This document shows positions 58,006-64,000 of a DNA stretch of 64,000 nt, in pieces. This stretch comes from Treponemataceae bacterium. Its GTDB lineage: Bacteria; Spirochaetota; Spirochaetia; Treponematales; Rectinemataceae. Within the stretch, counting starts at the first letter, position 1. Every line of letters begins with the position of its first letter. The position numbers were made by a program, and so were the translations under genes. The stretch covers positions 384,001-448,000 of the forward strand of contig CAXXGJ010000018.1 of NCBI GenBank assembly GCA_963677895.2. The letters are read 5' to 3'. Below the pieces are notes generated by a model. It was given only the letters and a program-made list of their open reading frames with translations. It was not told the origin of the DNA and made no database searches.

Positions 58006-59221
58006 CGGCGAGCGACATTTCGCCCGCGGATGCCCATTCATGCCGTGAGTGGTAATTGTAGCCCCCCGTGAAAATATTGGGAGTCGGTATGCCCATCTCG
58101 GTAAGGCGGGAACCGTCCGTGCCGCCCCTGATCGGGACTATCTTAGGCTCGGCGCCGGCCCGCTTGATCGCTTCTTTCAGCTTTTCCAGCACGGAAGGGT
58201 TCTGGTCGAGCTTTTCCTTCATGTTGAGATATTGTTTCTTTACGGTGAGTTCGACCTTTCCGAGGGGAAACTGGGCTTCCACGGCTGAAGCGAAGGCTTT
58301 CATCGCCTCGATTCGCTTCTCCATGCCTTCGGACGTGAAATCGCGCAGATAGATGTCGACGGCCGTTTTCTCCATCGATCCGGAGATTTCGATGGGGCAA
58401 TAATAGCCGAACCAGTTGTCGGTTGACTCGGGGCTTTCGGAGCGCGGAAGCATGGCGACGAACTGGCAAGCCATTGCCACGGCGTTCGCGAATTTGCCGC
58501 GCGCGGCGCCGATATGGATTACCTTGCCGATGAATTCGGCGCGGACGCTGTAGGCGGTGAAGCACTCGGCTTCTATTTCGGCCGCGGCTCCTCCATCGAG
58601 CGTATAGCAGGCAATGGATTTGACTTTCTTCAAAGGGAAGAGGTTCATTCCCTTCCCTGTTTCCTCATCGGGCGTGAAGAAAATCTCCAGCGGACCATGT
58701 TTCACCTCAGGATGGGCGGCGAGCCATTCGATGGTCGTCATGATCTCGGCGATGCCGGCCTTGTCGTCCGCGCCCAGAAGGGTCTTGCCGTCGGTGGTGA
58801 TGATCGTATCGCCCACGTGGTCGAGCAGACATGGATCGTCGGCCGTGGTGAGCGTATCCTCAGGGGATAGCGCGATCGCTTTTCCGTCATAATTTCGAAT
58901 CAGCTTGGGCGATACGTTGGAGCCCGGTACGTCGCTGGCCGTATCCATATGCGCCATGAGGCCTATCGCCGGCTTGCTTTCCATTCCCGAGGAAGCCGGG
59001 ATCCTCGCTATCAGGTAGCAGTGATCATCGAGCGAGACATCGGTCAATCCCAATTCCTTCAGTTCCTGCTCCAGCAGTTTTGCCAGGCCCCACTGGGTTT
59101 TCGTGGAGGGAATATCCTCGATGTGCCGATCGCTTTGAGTGTCGATTTTCGCGTATCGTATAAGGCGATCGATCATGGCGGCGGCATAAGGCTGGTCTAG
59201 ATAATCTGTGTAGTCTTTCAT
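57965..59221 (-). CDS. pepT: Peptidase T (tripeptide aminopeptidase)
   Basis: AHMDT, TLLGADDKAG, FTPDEE, IRGGTDG, PTPNIFTGG..YHS. Confidence 0.93.
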   Translation of the reverse strand: MKDYTDYLDQPYAAAMIDRLIRYAKIDTQSDRHIEDIPSTKTQWGLAKLLEQELKELGLTDVSLDDHCYLIARIPASSGMESKPAIGLMAHMDTASDVPGSNVSPKLIRNYDGKAIALSPEDTLTTADDPCLLDHVGDTIITTDGKTLLGADDKAGIAEIMTTIEWLAAHPEVKHGPLEIFFTPDEETGKGMNLFPLKKVKSIACYTLDGGAAAEIEAECFTAYSVRAEFIGKVIHIGAARGKFANAVAMACQFVAMLPRSESPESTDNWFGYYCPIEISGSMEKTAVDIYLRDFTSEGMEKRIEAMKAFASAVEAQFPLGKVELTVKKQYLNMKEKLDQNPSVLEKLKEAIKRAGAEPKIVPIRGGTDGSRLTEMGIPTPNIFTGGYNYHSRHEWASAGEMSLAVKTLIHLVALWTE

Positions 59222-59371
59222 GGTGAGGAATTATGCCCGGAAAGCGCGGCCAAAGCAACTGCCGGGAGTCCCGCCGGGACTGTTTAGACGCGGGGAAGAA
59301 ACGACGCGAGACAGGTATGAAAAGCGGCGCATCACTTGCTCTTTTTACCCCGCCTTCTTATCATTGATCCA

Positions 59372-60328
59372 ATGAACGAAGAAAACGCCATACCTCTCTA
59401 TCCGGAATTCGCCCCGATAGCGCTTCCGATGATCAATCAAATGCATCCATCGCTCAATCTGCTCAAGGATGGGATATCGGAATTCACTTTCTCGAACCTT
59501 TATCTTTTCAGGCATACCTACGACTACGAAGTGGCGAGGCTTCCCGGGGAAGGCGTCGTCATAAAGGGGACGAAGGAAGGGAAGACTTTTTTCTACCTCC
59601 CTTGCTGCATGTCGAATAAGCAGATTTTCGACGAGCTTATGCTTAGCCATGACTACATGAAGAACCTTTCCGATTCACAGGCCGCGCTGCATCGCATAGA
59701 GCTTGAGGCAAGAGGCTATATAGTCCAGGAAGACAGGGATAATTTTGACTATCTCTATTTCAGGAAAGACCTAGCCGAGCTTTCCGGACGCGAGTACCAC
59801 AAGAAGCGAAACCTCGTGAATGGTTTCATTAGCTCCTATGAATGCGAACAGAAACCCTTGAAAAAGGAAAATGTATGCGACGCCATCGCCGTGCTCGATG
59901 AATGGAGAGCGGCCAAAGGTGTCGACGGGGATTATCGGGCGGCCCGCGAAGGCCTCGAGCTATTCGAGGAATTGGGCATGAGGGGCGCCGTTTATTACAT
60001 CCAGAACGAACCGGTAGGCTGGTGTCTCGGCGAGCCACTCTCCAAGGGAACGATGTTCGCCGTGCATTTCGAGAAGGCGAGCGAACGTTTCAAGGGAATC
60101 TATCAATTCATCAACCAGGCCTTCGCGCAATCTTTGCCGGCTTATTTCAAGCTGATCAATCGCGAGCAGGATCTGGGCAACGAGGGATTGAGGCAGGCCA
60201 AGATGACTTACAGACCCTGCGGTTTCGTGAGCAAATATCGGATCATCCATCCCGATAAAGTGGAGTTCAAGCCTTTGGACGTGGCGGAACCGGCGGAGTG
60301 CGGGCCGGGAACGATACATGCCGGCTGA
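59372..60328 (+). CDS. DUF2156 / LPG-synthase C-terminal-like (FemAB-type GNAT) protein
   Basis: SEFTFSNLY, DRDNFDYLY, LSGREYHKKRN, VHFEKA, INREQDLG..GLRQAKMTYRP. Confidence 0.82.
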   Translation: MNEENAIPLYPEFAPIALPMINQMHPSLNLLKDGISEFTFSNLYLFRHTYDYEVARLPGEGVVIKGTKEGKTFFYLPCCMSNKQIFDELMLSHDYMKNLSDSQAALHRIELEARGYIVQEDRDNFDYLYFRKDLAELSGREYHKKRNLVNGFISSYECEQKPLKKENVCDAIAVLDEWRAAKGVDGDYRAAREGLELFEELGMRGAVYYIQNEPVGWCLGEPLSKGTMFAVHFEKASERFKGIYQFINQAFAQSLPAYFKLINREQDLGNEGLRQAKMTYRPCGFVSKYRIIHPDKVEFKPLDVAEPAECGPGTIHAG

Positions 60329-61382
60329 TCTGCTTTCGCTTGTCGGAACCGGTCATGAAGCCACTTTTGAAAAGCGGGAAGCCCTTACGCGAGAACTTCT
60401 CGCCTCGGCGCCTTCCGGACTTGAGAAGAAAACCTGCAGCCTTACGCTTTTAGCGGGAGCCGGAACTCGTTGGGTGAAAAGCCTTTCCCTGGCCAAGGCT
60501 AGGCTGGACGGGAGGTTGGACGACGCCAACAAAGACTCAGCGGCCCGATTCCCTCTGGATGCTCCTCGCGGTCTTTTCCCCGTGCGCAACTTCATCTCGG
60601 CGGAGCCTTCGAGAATCCCCATGGCGGCCTACGCCCTCGACGCGGTGAAAGGATTGGGCCGCCATGTCATCGTCATCAGGGGCTGGGAAGCTGAAATACG
60701 CTCAGGTATCGTCGAGGCGCTCGGCATCGGCCAAGAGTCGGTGAAATTCTGCACGCAGAAGGAAGGGCCTTCGGGGAAGGTGTTGGGCCATGGCGACGCG
60801 GCCAGGCAGTCCAGGGAGCTTTGGCGGGAATCCACCTATGTCATCGCCAATTTCGGAGGCGACGCGAATTCGCCGCTGACGGTGGCCGCGAGCCTTCTCG
60901 CGATGGCCAGACTGGATGAGCTCGGCGAAAACGCAGGCCTCCTGCTTCCCGTAGCGAAGATAAAAAATCCAGCCTATCGGGTAATACTCGACGAAAGAGG
61001 TCTCCCGCGGGCATTTGGGCATAATAAACTCGGCGGGATGACAGCCGGGTGGCTGCCTCCGTCCGAAGGTTATACGAACGTGGGAATACGCGTATACAGG
61101 ACGGAAGCCTTATCGGCCGCGGTGGATGAGATCGAAAGCTCGTATTGGCGGAAAGAATCCGGCTATTCGATACCAGGCAACGATCCCGAAGCCCATGAAT
61201 TCGCCCTGGACAATGTCGACGCTCTATTGGCTCGACGGGGCGAGGCGAGAATCCTGGCCATCGCGAAGGCCGAGGAACTGACGCCCGCCAAAAGTTTCGA
61301 TGAGATCGCGAATTTCGAAGAGGCCGCGAAAAGCGTCAGAGCCGAGTGGACGAAATTCCGGTCAGCCGCCGATTCCCAATAA
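60318..61382 (+). CDS. Putative nucleotidyltransferase-fold protein
   Basis: LLAGAGTRW (GxGTR-like), VLGHGDA, NFGGD, NVGI resemble sugar-phosphate nucleotidyltransferases; divergent. Confidence 0.5.
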   Translation: MPADLLSLVGTGHEATFEKREALTRELLASAPSGLEKKTCSLTLLAGAGTRWVKSLSLAKARLDGRLDDANKDSAARFPLDAPRGLFPVRNFISAEPSRIPMAAYALDAVKGLGRHVIVIRGWEAEIRSGIVEALGIGQESVKFCTQKEGPSGKVLGHGDAARQSRELWRESTYVIANFGGDANSPLTVAASLLAMARLDELGENAGLLLPVAKIKNPAYRVILDERGLPRAFGHNKLGGMTAGWLPPSEGYTNVGIRVYRTEALSAAVDEIESSYWRKESGYSIPGNDPEAHEFALDNVDALLARRGEARILAIAKAEELTPAKSFDEIANFEEAAKSVRAEWTKFRSAADSQ

Positions 61383-61898
61383 TCTTCTGATCGCCGGACC
61401 CGCGAGAGCGTTGAACAGCCCCGAACCGAGTATTGCCCAGAGCGCGTTTATCTTCGTGAAAGCCGCGATGGCGAATGCCCCGAGCCCGAGAGCGAGAAGA
61501 ATCGGGTCGGCGGAGGAAGGCTTCAGCGCCCAGAGCGTCATGATCATCATGGCTGTGCTGCCCGTCCGCAGCGATTCGTTGATGGCAAGCTTGTCCAGCT
61601 TTACGCGCCGCGCGAGAAGCGTGGTGGCCACGATGGCCATGACCGGAAAAGCCACGACGGCGAGCGTTCCCGCCAGCGCCGAGAAGAATCCGCCGTGCTC
61701 CCAGCCTATCATCGTGGCCGCGTTGAGGGCGATCGGACCAGGCGTCGACTGGGCGATGGCGATGAGGGAGCGGAAATCGGTTTCGTTTAGCCAATGCGGG
61801 ACCACTTCGTTTTTGATGATGCCGACGGTCGACCAACCGCCGCCGAATGAGATGATGCCGACCTTGAAGAAAGTCCAGATTATTTCGAGCGTTTGCAT
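61362..61898 (-). CDS. chrA: Short-chain chromate transporter (CHR) subunit
   Basis: FFKVGIISFGGG, AIAQSTPGPIALN. Confidence 0.85.
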   Translation of the reverse strand: MQTLEIIWTFFKVGIISFGGGWSTVGIIKNEVVPHWLNETDFRSLIAIAQSTPGPIALNAATMIGWEHGGFFSALAGTLAVVAFPVMAIVATTLLARRVKLDKLAINESLRTGSTAMMIMTLWALKPSSADPILLALGLGAFAIAAFTKINALWAILGSGLFNALAGPAIRRLLGIGG

Positions 61899-62473
61899 GG
61901 TCCCTCGATGCAATAAAGCATGGCTATGGCCGCCAGCAGGATGGGAAGGCTGTATGCCGGCAGGAAGATAAGCACAAATGCGAGCGCGATGGTCTCGACG
62001 ATCCTGAGTACCGTCCAGGCCCTTTTGGTGGCTGTCTTATAGATCATCGCGGCGACGAGGCCAGGAACGACGGCGCCGGCTCCTTCGAGAAAGCGCTGGA
62101 CGGCGGGAAGCGATCCTATCTTGGCCAGCGCGCCGCTCACGAGAATCAGGGCGAAGAAGGGCGGAAGCACCACACCGAAAAAAGCGGCGACGGCGCCTTT
62201 CCACCCGCAGAGCCGGAGGGAGACGAGAAGGGCGGAACTCAGCGCGAGCGGTCCGGGAAAGGCTTGGGCGCGCGCGAATATGTCATAGAAATCCTTTTCA
62301 GCCATCCATCCTTTTTTTTCAAGGCTGGTTGCCATGACGGGCACGATTACATACCCGCCGCCCAGGGTGACTGAGTTGATTTTCGCCAGAAGCCAGAATA
62401 GACCAGCGGGCGTCGGGCTCTTGGGCTTCTCGAGGAGAGATTCATCGTTCGTGACAGGTGTTTTCGTCTTCAT
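61880..62473 (-). CDS. chrA: Short-chain chromate transporter (CHR) subunit
   Basis: TLGGGYVI, AQAFPGP, GVVLPPF. Confidence 0.85.
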   Translation of the reverse strand: MKTKTPVTNDESLLEKPKSPTPAGLFWLLAKINSVTLGGGYVIVPVMATSLEKKGWMAEKDFYDIFARAQAFPGPLALSSALLVSLRLCGWKGAVAAFFGVVLPPFFALILVSGALAKIGSLPAVQRFLEGAGAVVPGLVAAMIYKTATKRAWTVLRIVETIALAFVLIFLPAYSLPILLAAIAMLYCIEGPCKRSK

Positions 62474-62500
62474 TGGAAATCCTCGGCGCAGTATAGCGGT

Positions 62501-64000
62501 TCATGCATGTTCCTGTCCAATGCCTAAGGAGGCCTGACGGGCGAGATAGAGCAGATCTTCATCGGAAACGGCGGAGTCTATCCATGTAAAGCCGGAACTT
62601 CTGAGCCAGTATAGGCCAATACTTGTTTTTTTACCTGGGATTATGCTTTCCGCCGCTCTCCTGTAAATATCCAGCTGGACCGCGTGGCGGGACGGGGTTT
62701 CTTCGGAATCCGATTTGAAGTCGATGACGATGACTTCGTCTCCTGTTTCGATCATGAGATCCATCCGGCCTTCGACGATAAAGTCGCCCAATTTGAGCAG
62801 GAAGGGTTTTTCGCTCGTTATCTCGGCGCCGGCGGGCAGGGATTTCCAGAAATCGCTGGACAGGAAATCGGCCGCCATGGATGTCGCGAGTTCGGTAGCC
62901 TTGGCTATGCCAGCGGGCGGCAAGCCGCGAATGAGGTCGTCGGATGGCATGAAGCCCGAAACCGTGCCGGTTTTGATGGCCTGTTCCACGGCGTCATGGC
63001 AGAGCGTGCCGAATATTTTAGGCGGGAGGGGCGACTGATCGCCGGGAGCGGGGGCGAGAATGGGGGCGGAGGTGCCCGAGGGCTGTGATGTCCTGATTTC
63101 GCGCTGGAAGCGCTCGAACTCGGTGGCGCTGAGATGGAGGCGGGGGAAGCGCCTGTCGAGCGTTTTCGCGTCCGCGTAGGCTTTAGCGAAGTCGCTCAAC
63201 GATGGTTTCGCTCGTCCCTTGTGCCAATGGCGCACATCGTCGACGGTTTTCGGCGCGAGAAAAGTCTTTTCGAGCCGCGCGGATGTCGACGCTCCAATAA
63301 CCGTCCCGGACGGGGCTTGATCCCGGATCGCCCGCATCGCGCAGTAGTTTTCCAGATAGTAGAGGAAAGAATTGCCTGTCGTATCGCCGCGCTTCTGCTG
63401 CTTCCCGAAGAAGAAAAGGTGATCCTCGGCTCTCGTGCAGGCAACGTAGAGAAGACGTTTTATTTCGGCGACGCCCATGTCGTTTTCAAGATTTTTCGCG
63501 AGCCTGAAGAAGATATTGTTCGCCTTGGCTCCGGGTTTGTCGTAGGGCTTTATATCCAGGGCGAGTCCTTCGGGCAGCATTTCCCAAATCGCCTGGCCGC
63601 GTTTTGTCGATCCGGAGTTTTCCGCCCAGGGCAGGATGACGATGGGGAACTGAAGCCCCTTCGATTTATGGATGGTGAGTATTTTCACGCCGGTAGCATT
63701 GCTTCTCGGGACATTCTCGATATCGAACTTGTCCGTCTCGCCTTCGATATATGGGCGAAGCTTCGCGAGGAAATCGGCGATTCCTCCATGGTCGCGGTCT
63801 ATGCCGGCCGCCATGTGAAAGAGGTAATCGAAATGCTCCAGGAAGGGATGGGCTTCGGGACGGGAAAGAATGGCCAGCCTGAGGCCGACGCGGTTCCATA
63901 CGTACTCCACGATATCCGAGACTGGGTTCGAGACGATCGATGCCCTGAATTCGGCGAAGAATGCTTTGGCTCTGTCGAGCATCGCGGAATCGCGGTCGGA
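62501..64000 (-). CDS. UvrD/AddA-like helicase with C-terminal PD-(D/E)XK nuclease (5' part outside window)
   Basis: ILTIHKSKGLQFP, EIKRLLYVACTRAED, GTLCH, EGRMDL..IDFKS, QLDIY. Confidence 0.88.
   Translation of the reverse strand, partial: SDRDSAMLDRAKAFFAEFRASIVSNPVSDIVEYVWNRVGLRLAILSRPEAHPFLEHFDYLFHMAAGIDRDHGGIADFLAKLRPYIEGETDKFDIENVPRSNATGVKILTIHKSKGLQFPIVILPWAENSGSTKRGQAIWEMLPEGLALDIKPYDKPGAKANNIFFRLAKNLENDMGVAEIKRLLYVACTRAEDHLFFFGKQQKRGDTTGNSFLYYLENYCAMRAIRDQAPSGTVIGASTSARLEKTFLAPKTVDDVRHWHKGRAKPSLSDFAKAYADAKTLDRRFPRLHLSATEFERFQREIRTSQPSGTSAPILAPAPGDQSPLPPKIFGTLCHDAVEQAIKTGTVSGFMPSDDLIRGLPPAGIAKATELATSMAADFLSSDFWKSLPAGAEITSEKPFLLKLGDFIVEGRMDLMIETGDEVIVIDFKSDSEETPSRHAVQLDIYRRAAESIIPGKKTSIGLYWLRSSGFTWIDSAVSDEDLLYLARQASLGIGQEHA

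Overview
The window has two parts. From about 44.8 kb rightward it is a GC-richer, core-like chromosome segment, probably from an anaerobic spirochaete-like bacterium (inference only). It holds tRNA-Thr(CGT), a GNAT gene, a PEGA protein gene, a complete lysine-fermentation operon (kdd, class III aminotransferase in place of kal, kce, kamA-E, CoA-transferase), pepT, a DUF2156 gene, a split chromate transporter and an AddA-like helicase-nuclease. Left of the tRNA lies a tandem array of two integrative elements. Island 1 (about 16.4-44.9 kb) is bounded by an exact 45-bp repeat of the tRNA 3' half and has a tyrosine integrase with paired TTTGCTAC arm-like repeats at both ends. A related integrase directly beyond the repeat starts island 2, which probably runs off the left edge. 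Apart from three IS elements (IS66, IS3, IS256), the cargo is uptake and catabolic modules for unknown substrates. (i) Gcl-like enzyme, FAD oxidoreductase, one-Cys racemase-fold protein and atypical transaldolase. (ii) Sugar ABC transporter, FGGY kinase, Zn dehydrogenase, cyclase and an acetoin-dehydrogenase-like E1/E2/E3 complex. (iii) Peptide ABC transporter, IadA, two creatininase-fold proteins, a Nit amidase and an ICL/PEP-mutase-fold enzyme. Several of these enzymes have altered catalytic motifs. A 33-aa ORF with a perfect Shine-Dalgarno, absent from the ORF track, is divergent from the lysine operon. No CRISPR array, rRNA or prophage was seen. All family calls come from motif recognition, not database searches.
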